Source: Eledone cirrhosa | Lineage: Eukaryota | NCBI GenBank assembly: GCA_964016885.1 | Contig: OZ024741.1 | Coordinates: forward strand, 171,740,001-171,804,000 | Reading direction: 5' to 3' | DNA length: 64,000 nucleotides | Shown here: in pieces, positions 1 through 13,714 of the stretch | Position numbering within the stretch: position 1 is the first letter of the stretch | How the letters are laid out: the number at the start of each line of letters is the position of its first letter | Notes under the pieces: model-generated | Seen by the model: only the letters and a program-made list of their open reading frames with translations | Databases searched by the model: none | What the model was told of the DNA's origin: nothing | Position numbers and translations under genes: made by a program

Positions 1-180
1 ACCACTTTGCAGTGGAATGATAGGGACCCCAATCCTATCATCTCATTTCTACAGCTGAGTAAACTGGAGCAATGTGAAATAAAGTGTCTTGCTCAAGGAA
101 ACAACACATCACCCGTTGTGAGAATTGAACTCACAACCTTTCGATTGCAATCCCAATGCTCGAACCACTAAGCCATGTGT
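1..180 (-). mobile_element. tRNA-derived SINE family B (CORE-like body, RTE-derived tail), partial at window edge
   Basis: Minus strand reads tRNA-like head (catggcttagtggttcgagcattgg...gtgagttcaattc), then ccttgagcaagacactt; near-identical to 10790-10967 and 57935-58110. Confidence 0.8.
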
Positions 181-202
181 ATATATATATATATATATAC
201 AC

Positions 203-1174
203 TAGGGTGGCCCTTATTTTTCATCTTTCTAAAACTTTAGCTCCCACCCTCCTATGTTGTTCCAATTAACAAACAACTAATCTATGCAAAACGTTAGCTC
301 AAGCGTACAACTGCAAGGCGACCCTCATTGATCAGGAAATTTTGAAGTTTTCGCCCGGAAAGTCATTTTTATCTCTTAAATAAAAAACTTATTCAGACTT
401 ATTCTTGGTATTAGAAGGATAAGTGACAATCTTAACTATAATAAAGAAAGGAGTGTAGGACTCCGTCCAAAATCTATTTTTTAACCCCGTTTGTAAAATA
501 AGTTGGATTACTTTGAATAAATAATTGTTTCTACTTTTGGCACAAGGCCAGCAATTACCCAGTGCATTACTGGTACTTTATTTTATCGACCCCGTAAGGA
601 TGAAAGGCAAAGTTAACCTCGGTGGGATTTGAACTCACGATGGCAATGAATGAATATTACATAATTTATGTGCTAAATTTCGTGGCTGTTGATTAAATAT
701 ATTTTATAGCTTATTTAATGATTCACTTCTTTAAAATTTTCAGATGTCAACACTTCCGGTTAGCGGCCGTTATATTATAACACTTATAATCGTATATATT
801 TCCCTCGCTAATTTTCTCTTAATGCAGTTTATATATAATATCGTCTTTTTTAAATGTATCATGGATAACTTTACTGATTACCTAAGACAGTGTAACACAG
901 TCTTCGCTCAATTTCTGTGTATATTGTCAATTACGATTTTAGTTGATGTATCATATCTACATGCATATATACTTGCGTATAATATCAATATACACACTAC
1001 ACATGCTAGCAGAAAATCACCCGAAGGGTGGTATTTCTGCTAAAATATATAATGGGGAAAGCAGCTTGCAAAGCTGGGAACAGAGCGGAGGTATAGGGCA
1101 AACACCTATTTTTCGCCGTGGGAGCAGCAACATTTTAACTTTCTGAAAATTACCTATTGCTAAGGGCCACCCTA
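203..1174. mobile_element. Non-autonomous hAT-like DNA transposon
   Basis: Perfect 14-bp TIRs TAGGGTGGCCCTTA (203-216) / TAAGGGCCACCCTA (1161-1174); imperfect 8-bp flanks atatacac/atatatat; carries a SINE insertion. Confidence 0.75.
521..637 (-). mobile_element. tRNA-derived SINE family A, 5'-truncated
   Basis: Reverse complement of the 3' part of the full copy at 48832-49016. Confidence 0.9.
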
Positions 1175-1185
1175 ATATATATATA

Positions 1186-1231
1186 TCCGTATGTGGTTGA
1201 CATCTGAGAAAAATGAGTACTCGGTATTGAG

Positions 1232-1233
<2 letters not shown>
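1186..1233 (-). mobile_element. 3' end remnant of hammerhead-element family B within (TA)n
   Basis: Minus strand ...tcaaccacatacggat matches the end of the 55740-56094 element (tcaaccgcatacggat); carries the ggtattgagta motif. Confidence 0.55.
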
Positions 1234-1283
<50 letters not shown>

Positions 1284-1376
1284 TAAAATAACAGATTAAA
1301 GTTTAAGCAAAGAATCGCTGCTTTTATCCTTATCGAGCTCTCTTTGGATTTTAGTCTTCAAATTTATTATTATTAC

Positions 1377-1548
<172 letters not shown>

Positions 1549-1619
1549 ATACTCTTCTTATCCTTGCTTTCATATTTCTCCTTGCTCCCCTTTTTTCATT
1601 GTATTTGTACATAGATACA

Positions 1620-1878
1620 AGGAAAGTAAGGAGTAAAGGAGAGGAAGGAGCAAAGGAGAGCAAGGATAAAATGAGAACAAGGAGAGAAATGAGAAAAGGA
1701 AGGCAAGGACAGCAATGAAAAAAGGAGAGCAAGGATAAAATGAGAACAAGGACAACAAGGAGAGCAAAGAGGCAAGGAGAGCAGTGAGAAAAAGGAGAGC
1801 AAGGATAAAATGAGAACAAGGAGAGCAGTGTGAAAAGGGGAGCAAGGAGAGCAATGAGAAAAGGAGAGCAAGGAGAGG
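1620..1878. repeat. Purine-rich degenerate minisatellite
   Basis: aaggagagcaaggataaaatgagaacaagga recurs three times with shorter sub-repeats. Confidence 0.85.
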
Positions 1879-1889
1879 TTAAGGCAAAT

Positions 1890-2263
1890 ATTGCTCAAGT
1901 TATGCTGCAAGCAGACAAAGTTGAACAAATCAACATTCTGCACCAAAATGAATTTTCTTCCTTTACAAACATCGAGTTTTCGTCTTTTGTAACACCTGGT
2001 ACAAAACTTTCTTCACGAGATATTCTATCAGCACCGATTTCCTCAACAAAGACCCTTCAGCATGGAAGGATGATCTTGGTTACAAAAGTGAACATGAACA
2101 ACTTGAGAAGACAGTTGTTATTAACGATGTTGCAGAAAGAGGTGTCAAACTCATTCAGGATAACATTCTCACAAAAGATGAAACTGAGAAACAATTTGTT
2201 TTACAGATCGTTACCGAAAACTGTAAAACATACCCAACTGCCACTAATTCCTCTCTTATGTAA
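1890..2263 (+). pseudogene. C-terminal fragment of hAT (hATm-like) transposase, frameshifted
   Basis: Frame from 2009 (absent from ORF track) reads FFTRYSISTDFLNKDPSAWKDDLGYKSEHEQLEKTVVINDVAERGVKLIQDNILTKDETEKQFVLQIVTENCKTYP...*; NDxAERGVKLIQD is typical of this transposase C-terminus. A subterminal sequence like that of 203-1174 lies at about 2720-2852. Confidence 0.75.
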
Positions 2264-2265
2264 AA

Positions 2266-2432
2266 ATAATTGTTTCTACTTTTGGCACAAGGCCAGCAAT
2301 TATCCAGTGCATTACTGGTACTTTATTTTATCGACCCCGTAAGGATGAAAGGCAAAGTTAACCTCGGCGGGATTTGAACTCAGACTGTAAAGGGACGTAA
2401 CTATGCTAGAAAGCATGGCGTCCAACCCTCTA
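2266..2432 (-). mobile_element. SINE family A
   Basis: Matches reverse complement of 48832-49016. Confidence 0.9.
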
Positions 2433-3825
2433 CAGTGTTCACATTATGTTTTTGATTCTATAAAAATTATTGTTGTAATTAAAAATGCGTTTCTCTTATA
2501 GAAGTTGTGTGGTTTATTAAGAAAACCTAATATTTCTTAAGTTTTTCATGTTATTTCAGGAATTTTTCAAGTTAACTATTGGTAAATTTGATTCAGAACG
2601 TTTTTAAACATTTACCTGGATGTGTCCATATACATTTCTCTAAGAAGAAAAAATAAAATGGTCGAGATAGGGAACAGTGTACCACTTTTGAACAGAATTA
2701 ATTGTTGCGTATACTATGTTCCAACTTCAAGATGTTTGAGGTCACCTAACAGTTGTCCCATTGAGCTGAAATTTTGCACACCCCGTGTTTTTTGTTGATT
2801 GAAACAGGAGTAGGGGGTGGGAGTAGCAAAATGTTAAATTTCGGAAAATTGCTACTAGATATCTAAATGTCAATTTTGAATACAACTATGGCTTCGATTT
2901 ACAAATATATTCTGTCAGTAGAACAGCAATAATATGCAAGACATTTCCTTGCTCCACAAGATAAAACTGGGGCTCTTGGTGGTAATAAGGGAAAAGTGGC
3001 ATTGGCCATCCAGGTCAACTGAGACATCGCAGGCCCCCTCTCATTTTGGGTCAGTCTACTTTCTTTCAATTGTTGGATTGCAATGTTCTCCTCTTTTACA
3101 AAACTCCATTGTTCATCATCTTCACCCTCTAATTACCAGGTTATGCTGCCATGTATATCTGTTCTTCAGCCCAGTGGGCAACTGGACAGTATGTGTCTCA
3201 TTGTATCAGCCTTCCTGCATTTGCCCAACCCACTTAGGAAGTACATTGAGCTGGGTGAACTCTGAAACCTGCTGATGGGGGGGGGGCATTTTGTTTACCT
3301 GTAGAGGTAAGAGCCAGATGATTTGCAGGAACCAGGGTTGAATTGTTCCTCAGGGGCCTTGGACTGGCAGCAAAGGAAAGAAAACCCATTTCAAAGGCAC
3401 TATTAGATGCAGCTGAGAAAGTGAGTTACTATATCTGGCTCAAGAGTGAAGAAGAATGGTCGGCTTGACACATTGAGATAGATGGAGATGTCTAGCTCAG
3501 TCATGACATCAAATTTCATACTGTTCTGATACAACAGAGACACCAAGCATTATGCTGTTGTGCAGAAGTTTTGTCATCTACATCAGTAGGTGGCCCTCAG
3601 TAGTTCTGGTGTCACAGTGGAAGGGGACAAATCATGTCCAGAGTTACTTCACTGCCTGATGATACATTGGCTTCTATATTCAGAGATGCAGAGCAACAGC
3701 ACCCTCAGCACTGATCTGTGTTTACCAGGCACTGTATATGTATATATATATATATATATGTGTGTGTGCGTGAGTGTGTATAGATTCTGAATTATATTAG
3801 TGGTAACCACAGAATATATATATAT

Positions 3826-5548
3826 AGCTGAATCCTTCAATATTATTAGAGGCGGCCCCCTATTAATTAATAGGAGAGCAGATTTTTTCAGCAACTGCCA
3901 ACATAGAACCTCGAAAACCTTCCGCGGGATTTTTGGAAGGTAACCTACCACTAACTCCTCCCTCTCTACTTTAGCCATAGAGTTTTCTCAATAAACAGAC
4001 AGTCACACACTAAGGTAGTTAGACGGCTAAGATTGTTTGCGCACTTACAAACGATACTCGGCCTGTTTCCACGGAGTTATCACAGCTGAGTGCACTTTTT
4101 TAGAATACCTAGCTAGTAAATAGTTAGATTGATTACACACTTAGAATACCTAGTTAGTAATTGATTGCACACTCAGGCATGACCGATTACGCGCACCTAC
4201 CTTTACTTTAAGATACCCTAACCATTGAGTTCTCTCAGTTGGGATATAACCAGTCGTATTACACACTTAGTTAGGACCGATTACGCTCTCTATACATAAC
4301 TCTACACACAGTACCCGTTTAGACATTGAGCTCCCACAATTACGAATGTCACGCTCCTACCGCCTGAACACTACACTAGGTTCTGATCCGTGATCATCTA
4401 ACCATGGAGGACTCACTGTTACGGATTGAACAATAATACTTACATACCATTAAGGGGCCTACACCCATCCTCTCGATTTTACTATCCTGTGGTTTTCACT
4501 TCACCTTCTGTGTTGGATAACACACCTCCACCACTCAAACAACTATCTTAAAAGCTCATTGGCCCATATGACGGGAAATCGCACTTACTGACGCATTTAC
4601 CCAATACCCAACCCTACACGGAGCCCCTTGCTGGCCTACATTGCGGTTGCTTGCACGCACGGATTTGGTGACTCGGATTCTCAATGGGACAGCGGTACAT
4701 ACTGAGTTCGATATGAGCTGATTCCTTGCTCTTCACATGGATGTGTATATACCCAGACATACCCTTTTTTGGACGATTCGGATGTGTATATACCATAACA
4801 TACACTTGAAGATATGGATGTTACAATTCAATCTATACACGTATAGCAGAACACTGAACTGAACTTACTTGCTTGTGTGTCTGTGTGTGTGTGTGTATGT
4901 GTATGGGGCGTTGGTTAACCCAATATTTCCAATTTACATCGTCAAATTCAGATTTGACCAATGTAACATCTGTTGTTTTGTGAACTAACTTTCGGTGAAT
5001 GCTGTGTTGGTACAGTCTTATATATGTTTTTTTCTCTGACATCGCTTCGGTGTGTGTGAGAGTGTGTGTGTGTACCCACCCACACTAACTGTGACCTTCT
5101 ATAATTCTACAGGTTTGATACTGTGTTGATGTGTGTATATATATGTATATATTTCTCTTTGACCTCGAGCCGGTGTATATGGGTGTGGAGTGTGTGTGTA
5201 CCCACTCACATTAACTGTGACCGACTGTATCCCTACAAATTTGATTGATGTCCAGCGTCTTTTGCAGCAATAGAAATCTGACAACTTTTATGACCTCAAC
5301 TGAAGTTAATAGCTGTCGCCGTGTCTCTGACTGGTGTGTCTTCATATGAGGGAATGAATTCTGTGAGAGAACATCGTTATTTTTCTCCCTCATATCAAGA
5401 ATTTGAAGACAATTCATTTTCACCTGATGAGATCAGTGATAATCGATCATGGGTTCACAATCAATCTATCTCTTATTGAAACATGTGCCGTGATTAAATG
5501 ATTGGAATTTTACCTTGCCTTCGGATTTTCATTTTGATACTTTTATAA
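3826..5548 (+). mobile_element. Putative non-coding PLE-derived element bounded by (TA)n, ending in a hammerhead motif
   Basis: Higher-GC, CpG-containing non-coding block between TA runs, with internal short duplications and a hammerhead motif about 55 nt before its end. The 5' boundary is uncertain. Confidence 0.45.
5420..5493 (+). ncRNA. Type-I hammerhead ribozyme motif (degenerate)
   Basis: tcac-CTGATGA-[gatcagtgat...atctcttatt]-GAAA-catgtg-cc-gtga: stem I tcac/gtga, helix II with two mismatches, cleavage triplet GCC instead of GUC. Confidence 0.6.
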
Positions 5549-5917
5549 ATATATATATATATATATATATAAGTCCAAAGAATCATTAGATAAAGTATAT
5601 ACAGTATTTCCTGTCCCAATGAGTATAAATCAACCACACAAAAAAATCATTTAAACGAGGCTATAAGTTTAAAATGTACTTTTAAATAATTAATAGACAA
5701 ATGATATAGCTTCTTTTCCGCGACGTACAGCTACAAAATATTTACCTAATATTCATACTAGCCTGTAGAAATTGACGAGACATATAGTTAACTACACGTA
5801 ATTAGGTACAAAATCGAAGTTAGAAGAAAAAATGTTTATAAACTTTACCAAAATCTTCATAATCTTTACCACCCTGCGGTTTAGTTCACTTTTTGGATAT
5901 ATCCGGTCTTGGATAAA

Positions 5918-6222
5918 TCAACGAGGTTTCCACCTGAAGTTGTAGGGTGCAGCTCTACTGACAATATCCCAGTGTGTGGAGAAGTTTATGTTGGCGTCTT
6001 GCAATGTGGTGACGTAGTTGGCAAGCGATGTGGAGCGCCTTAATTTTTTGTTCCTGAAAGAGTGGAGATGCGTTCTAAATCTCATTTTAAGCTGGCCAGA
6101 GGTGGCTCCTATATAGTGTTTAACTCCGCTATGGCTAGTTACGGTGCACCTATAAACAACCTTATCAGTCAGGCAGTTTCCCCTGAGAGGGCAGCCTACC
6201 CTGTCACGCAGTTGCATTTTCC
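5918..6222 (-). pseudogene. PLE GIY-YIG endonuclease with CxCx5C linker
   Basis: KCNC[1-nt frameshift]RDRVGCPLRGNCLTDKVVYRCTV...HYIGATSGQLKMRFRTHLHSF...TSLANYV. Confidence 0.85.
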
Positions 6223-6544
6223 GTCACGGTCGCTCCTAGTTCCTAAAGTAAAGCTATTACTATTGCTATCTATGTTGTTATCTATGTCTCTAACTCCGTC
6301 ATTGGTACTGTTATCTCTCAAGGCGTGCGGTCTTGTACAATTATTATTCCGCACGCCGCAGCCCGTTCTGCTGCCGGTGGGTGATGCGTGTGGGTCGACA
6401 GTATATTCTCCAATACGCCCTGATTACGTGGGTTTCGTCTGTCGGGGCGGCCATCCACCCTATTTGGTGCTGTTAGGGGGATGTTAAGGTTATTAGTGTT
6501 GTTGTCATGTCCAGATGTATCTGTGCTAAGGTGTAGTGTTTTGT

Positions 6545-6765
6545 TAATCTTACTGTGATTAGTTGTTCCTATGATGTCAGCTAGATTGGGGGTGGTAGAG
6601 AAGGATAGTTTGATATTGTTCCTCTTAAGTATTTTTCTCTATTTATGTTTAGGTGAGAAATTCCTCTCCAAGGCTTCGAAGAATATCCTCGGTACGTCGG
6701 AGGCCATACTCCGAGAGTAGGGGGGAGGGCAACCATATAATATTACGGTGCCGTTTCCGCTTTAC
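6545..6765 (-). pseudogene. PLE post-RT conserved segment
   Basis: Manual translation KRKRHRNIIWLPSPYSRSMASDVPRIFFEALERNFSPKHK*RKILKRNNIKLSFSTTPNLADII; not in ORF track. Confidence 0.75.
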
Positions 6766-7140
6766 AGTTGGTTGCTACAGGTTGTGCTTCCTAGTTGACA
6801 GTACTTACGTTTGTTCCTGTGCTGTAGCCGGTTATTCGTCCCCATTACTTTATGTTCAGGTGGGGGCGCCTTACCTCTGTACTTTCTATGTGTAGCTCGA
6901 CGCGGGCTGGAGGATGTTGGTAATAAGCCGTCGCAGTTGCTGGTCTTATAGTTAGGGAATAACTCTAATAGGCTGCAGCGGGTGGCGCTACCAATCGGGT
7001 AACACTTACCATACTGTCGGTTGTCTTGGTCGCCACTCATGTAATTAACAGTGTGGCCAAGTTTCTTAGTGTGGTTCTCTATACTATAGTTCTTGACGCT
7101 GTCATGGCTGTAGCGTCCTCTGTTATAGTTATGGCTCACT

Positions 7141-8678
<1,538 letters not shown>

Positions 8679-8933
8679 ATATCTCCCCATGTGTTTGTTT
8701 GTTTATCTAGCAATATAACTATCCAGTTATATATGAGTTTACCTACCAACCTTCCTTTGTATATCTATCTATCTATATGTTTTTATGTATTTATCCATCT
8801 ATCTATGTATATGTGACTGCGTGTTTTTGTCTATATAACTATATTTTAATGTTTGTAAGCAATGTAAAATTAATATAGTAATGTATATATTTAGAATTTT
8901 GTTTCATATCACATAAAAAAAATTATCTCTCAA

Positions 8934-9016
<83 letters not shown>

Positions 9017-9964
9017 CAGTGATCCAAAGCAAATTTACATACTATAAAGCTCGTACATACACACACACATTCATTATCATTTTAGAATATTGATTCAGCT
9101 GATAAAATTTAAAATTCTAATTAAAATGTTGATGACACAACACATGTTTAACTGATTTCTTCCTAGGTTTACATACATGATGTGTATGTATGTATGTATT
9201 ATGTATGTATTATGGTCAGGTCACCAGTTGGTACTACTGGTAATATGTATCCCAGTACAACCTGTCCCATGGTCGGGTCGTTGGCGACTAAACTGGCAAC
9301 CCCACCAAGGTTTCTTGGTGAGGAGGGTGACTTTGGACATCCTGCAAGACTAAAAACAAAACCTGTCAAAGGACAAAGGAGCTCTTAAGAGTCAATGGCC
9401 ATCCAAAATCACCGGGAGAGATGACCCCTTAGCCTTTGTCAAGGCAGAATTCTAGGAGAAGGAAAACTCTGATATAACACCTGCAGCCCTGATGGTATCC
9501 AATGATGTTGACTTGTTCTTCTTTTTGGTAAATATCATCTTGGTTAAGAGAGTGGGACTGGCTTTGTGCAGTGCCTTTTCTCATTATAAAAGCTTTATAT
9601 CTGGAGATCTCTCTGCACTTGTCGTCACATGGTACCATGGGCCCAGCACTATGTGTCAATAATTGTCACAATTGTAGTGTTTGTACCAGAGTTTTCAAGT
9701 CGCTGGCTGGACTAAAAAGTCACACTCGTTCAGCGCATCGGTAGGGGTTCTCCTACATGGATATAAAGTAGTGGCCGTACTCGAAAACGAGTTGGCAGCC
9801 ACCATGCATGTATGTATGTGTGTGTGAGTGCGTCTAAATATGTATGTATGTGTATATGTATTTATGTATCTATGTATGAATGTTTGTATATATGTCTCTC
9901 TTCTGCTCTGTTACTTGATACACATGAATACAAATATGCAATGTGAGGGAGGGGGCGGTTGTGT

Positions 9965-10250
9965 GTATGTGGTGGGGTTGTTTTGCGTTTGTGTGTGTGG
10001 TGGGGTTGTGTTGTGTTTGTGTGTGTGTGTTGGTGGGGTTGTTTTGTGTTTGTGTGTAGTGGGGTTGTTTTGTATTTGTGTGTGTGGTGGGGTTGTTTTG
10101 TGTTTGTGTGTGTGTATGGTGGGGTTGTTTTGTGTTTGTGTGTGTCTAGTGTGTAGTGGGGTTGTTTTGTGTTTGTGTGTGTGTAAGGGGGTTGTTTTGT
10201 GTTTGTGTGTGTGTGTGGTGGGGTTGTTTTGTGCTTGTGTGTGTGCGTGT
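9965..10250. repeat. ~29-bp GT-rich minisatellite
   Basis: About 9 copies of gtgtgtggtggggttgttttgtgtttgt. Confidence 0.9.
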
Positions 10251-10575
10251 GGGGTGGTGGTGGTGGTGGGGGGGGGGGGGGGGGGTTATTGTGTGTGAGC
10301 ATATATACTGAAACATTTAATACAAGCAATATCACCTTTTGCAAGAAGTGCATAGAATCGTATGTATGTATACATAATATCAACATTGCTTGGATAAAAT
10401 ATTATTATGGTTTCACACAGACTCACATACATACTCAAACAGGCACCCACTCTCATAAAGACACACACACTCAAAATACATGAACATACATGTGTACTAA
10501 TATATATATATCATGAAAAACGTTTTTACATCTAATTTTTCATGCTTGCATGGGTTGATTATAACAAAGCACCAA

Positions 10576-10619
<44 letters not shown>

Positions 10620-10644
10620 TTATCATTTCATTTTTTCATTTCAT

Positions 10645-10967
10645 TTTTACGTCCGCTTTTCCCTGCTTGCAAGTGTGGGAGAGGAACTGATTCTGGCTTG
10701 ATTTCTACAGCTGGATGCCCTTCCTAACACCAACCTCATTTACAGTGAGTGGTGGGTGCTTTTTTTCCGTGGCACCTCCACAACCACTTTGCAGTGGAAT
10801 GATATGGACCCCAGTCCCTATCATCTCATTTCTACAGCTGAGTAAACTCGAGCAATGTGAAATAAAGTGTCTTGCTCAAGGAAACAATACATCACCCAGT
10901 CTGAGAATTGAACTCACAACCTTTCGATTGCAAGGCCAATGCTCTAACCACTAAGCCATGTGCCTCC
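10645..10967 (-). mobile_element. SINE family B (tRNA head + CORE-like + RTE 3'UTR tail)
   Basis: Head ggaggcacatggcttagtggttagagc; tail shares tgttaggaagggcatccagctgtagaaatcaagcc with the RTE 3'UTR at about 15690-15740. Confidence 0.8.
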
Positions 10968-10970
10968 ATT

Positions 10971-11003
<33 letters not shown>

Positions 11004-11016
11004 ATATATATATATA

Positions 11017-11205
11017 TAATTGTTTCTACTTTTGGCACAATGCCACCAATTACCCAGTACATTACTGGTACTTTATTTTATCGACCCCGTAAGGATGAAA
11101 GGCAAAATCAACCTCGCCGGGATTTGAACTCAGATCATAAAGGGACGTAACTATGCTGGAAAGCATGGCGTCCGACCCTCTACCGATACTGCCTATCCAC
11201 CGCCC
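11017..11205 (-). mobile_element. SINE family A, full length
   Basis: Spans tail (ataattgtttctac) to head (ccaccgccc). Confidence 0.9.
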
Positions 11206-11220
11206 TTAATATATATATAT

Positions 11221-11688
11221 AATAAGGGTTGACGGACCCAGCATATTTATCAATGCCAGTACCAGTTGTATCTCAGCGCACTCAATGGGCAATGTAAGAT
11301 ACATTACTAGAGTATACACATAGTTATTTGCCTCAACAAATCACACGTAAAACGGGTGCCTATAAGGTTCCCGGACTCGAGTTTCTGCCGCACTAATGCA
11401 GCAGTAAGGTGCACTGCACCATCTGTCTGCATATATTATGCAACAATGCACAATCGGCTTATGCGGCTTCATCAGCGGGTATCGCCTAATCAATAACCAA
11501 TCGAACGACAGAATCTAAACACCGGCCCATGCCGGTCATGACTGTTTGTGACAACCGACACGGTAAAGCGATTAACTGGCAACCGATAGGACTCTATCTC
11601 TCAACTAGCCACTGATTTACAAATTTTACGTGGGGACGAGAAGCTAAAAAGAATCAATCTTTTAGTTCCTGTCAGAAGCTCTCAGCCA
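11221..11688 (-). mobile_element. (TA)n-embedded non-coding element carrying a hammerhead ribozyme
   Basis: GC-richer block bounded by TA runs; hammerhead at 11370-11479. Confidence 0.7.
11370..11479 (-). ncRNA. Type-I hammerhead ribozyme, intact core, extended helix II
   Basis: Minus strand: cccg-CTGATGA-a-gccgca...(~69 nt)...tgcggc-a-GAAA-ctcgag-TC-cggg. Stem I cccg/cggg, helix II gccgca/tgcggc, palindromic helix III CTCGAG, GUC site. Confidence 0.85.
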
Positions 11689-11795
11689 ATATATATATAC
11701 ATACATATATATACATATATATATATATATAATTGTTTCTACTTTTGGCACAGGGCCATCAATTATCCAGTACATTACTGGTACTTTATTTTATC

Positions 11796-11998
11796 GATTG
11801 TTGGTATATATACACATATATACCATGCTAGCGTGGAAGATAGACGTTAAATGACGATGATGATGATGATGATGATATGTATACAAATATATAAACATAC
11901 ATGCTCACATAATCACATGCACATACTTATATATAGCACACTCATATACACTCAGTCACATGTATCTAGTCACACATATCTATGATATCTATAGCAAT

Positions 11999-12033
<35 letters not shown>

Positions 12034-12149
12034 ATATATATATATATATATATGCTTGAATATTTTTATTTATCAATAATTATAAAAATATTGATATGTA
12101 AGCAGATAAGAACATAAAGATTTGAAATTCTTTGTTTATGTCTACAAGA

Positions 12150-12206
<57 letters not shown>

Positions 12207-12565
12207 AACATGTAGGACCCCGACGGCTGAGCTCAAGCCGTTTCGACGGCTAATTCTGGACCAAGAATTAGCCGTCAAAACGGCTTGAGCTCAGCCGTCG
12301 GGGTCCTACTTGTTCCTATTACCCACTCTACTACCCTAAGTATTGAGTACTTTGGTGCCTTATGGTCCACCTGGTTCCTTACCACATTTCCTTCATTATA
12401 TATATATATAATGAAGGAAATGTGGTAAGGAACCAGGGTAGTAGAGTGGGTAATAGGAACAAGTAGGACCCCGACGGCTGAGCTCAAGCCGTTTTGACGG
12501 CTAATTCTTGGTCCAGAATTAGCCGTCGAAACGGCTTGAGCTCAGCCGTCGGGGTCCTACTTGTT

Positions 12566-12612
<47 letters not shown>

Positions 12613-12706
12613 TCTTGTAGACATAAACAAAGAATTTCAAATCTTTATGTTCTTATCTGCTTACATATCAATAATTTTATAATTATTGATAAATAAAAAT
12701 ATTCAA

Positions 12707-12742
<36 letters not shown>

Positions 12743-12972
12743 TATATATATATATATATATATATCTATTGCTATAGATATGATAGATATGTGTGACTAG
12801 ATACATGTGACTGAGTGTATATGAGTGTGCTATATATAAGTATGTGCATGTGATTATGTGAGCATGTATGTTTATATATATTTGTATACATATCATCATC
12901 ATCATCATCATCGTCATTTAACGTCTATCTTCCACGCTAGCATGGTATATATGTGTATATATACCAACAATC
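11796..12972. repeat. ~1.2-kb nested palindrome centred on (TA)n near 12403
   Basis: Arms are reverse complements from gattgttgg (11796) to ccaacaatc (12972), with a few substitutions, microsatellite length differences and one ~35-bp indel. Confidence 0.9.
12204..12395. mobile_element. Fold-back hammerhead-element remnant (mirror copy at 12411-12569)
   Basis: 13-bp helix II gacggctaattct/agaattagccgtc, GAAA, helix III cggct/agccg, GTC, then ggggtcc; the CUGANGA half is replaced by an inverted copy; downstream gtattgagtac motif. Confidence 0.7.
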
Positions 12973-13228
12973 TAGTTTGCTACTCAATAGTGTCTTTAAA
13001 CATCCTAGTAATAACTGTTGAATTGAAATACTCTAAAACTGTAAGTTTACTTTATTACTTGTCAGATTCATGTATGTGTATATGTTTGCATGTGGTTATG
13101 CAATGTTATGGGGTACGCTGTGTATATGTGTATGTATGTGTATAACTTTATTGAGCTGTTTGATCATTTTTACCAGAAAAAAGAACAGCTTGTAGCCAAA
13201 CTGTTTATATTATTTATATATATATATA

Positions 13229-13306
13229 CAGGGTGTTCCCCAAAAATGTATACATATATTTATTAGAATGCTGTTGAAGTATCTATACAATTTTGGGGAC
13301 ACCCTG
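13229..13306. mobile_element. Tc1/mariner-type micro-MITE (78 bp)
   Basis: TA-flanked imperfect TIRs CAGGGTGTTCCCCAAAAATGTATACATA / TATCTATACAATTTTGGGGACACCCTG. Confidence 0.8.

Positions 13307-13714
<408 letters not shown>

Noticed and set aside
2930-3730. Possible decayed coding or LINE sequence (also 9210-9800, 14880-15240, 17600-18100)
   Set aside because: Composition suggests old retroelements, but no diagnostic motif could be read confidently.
5571-5917. Hammerhead in the PLE's own 3' end
   Set aside because: Only a weak taaa-cttatag-cc-like half on minus; no CUGANGA or matching stem I found.
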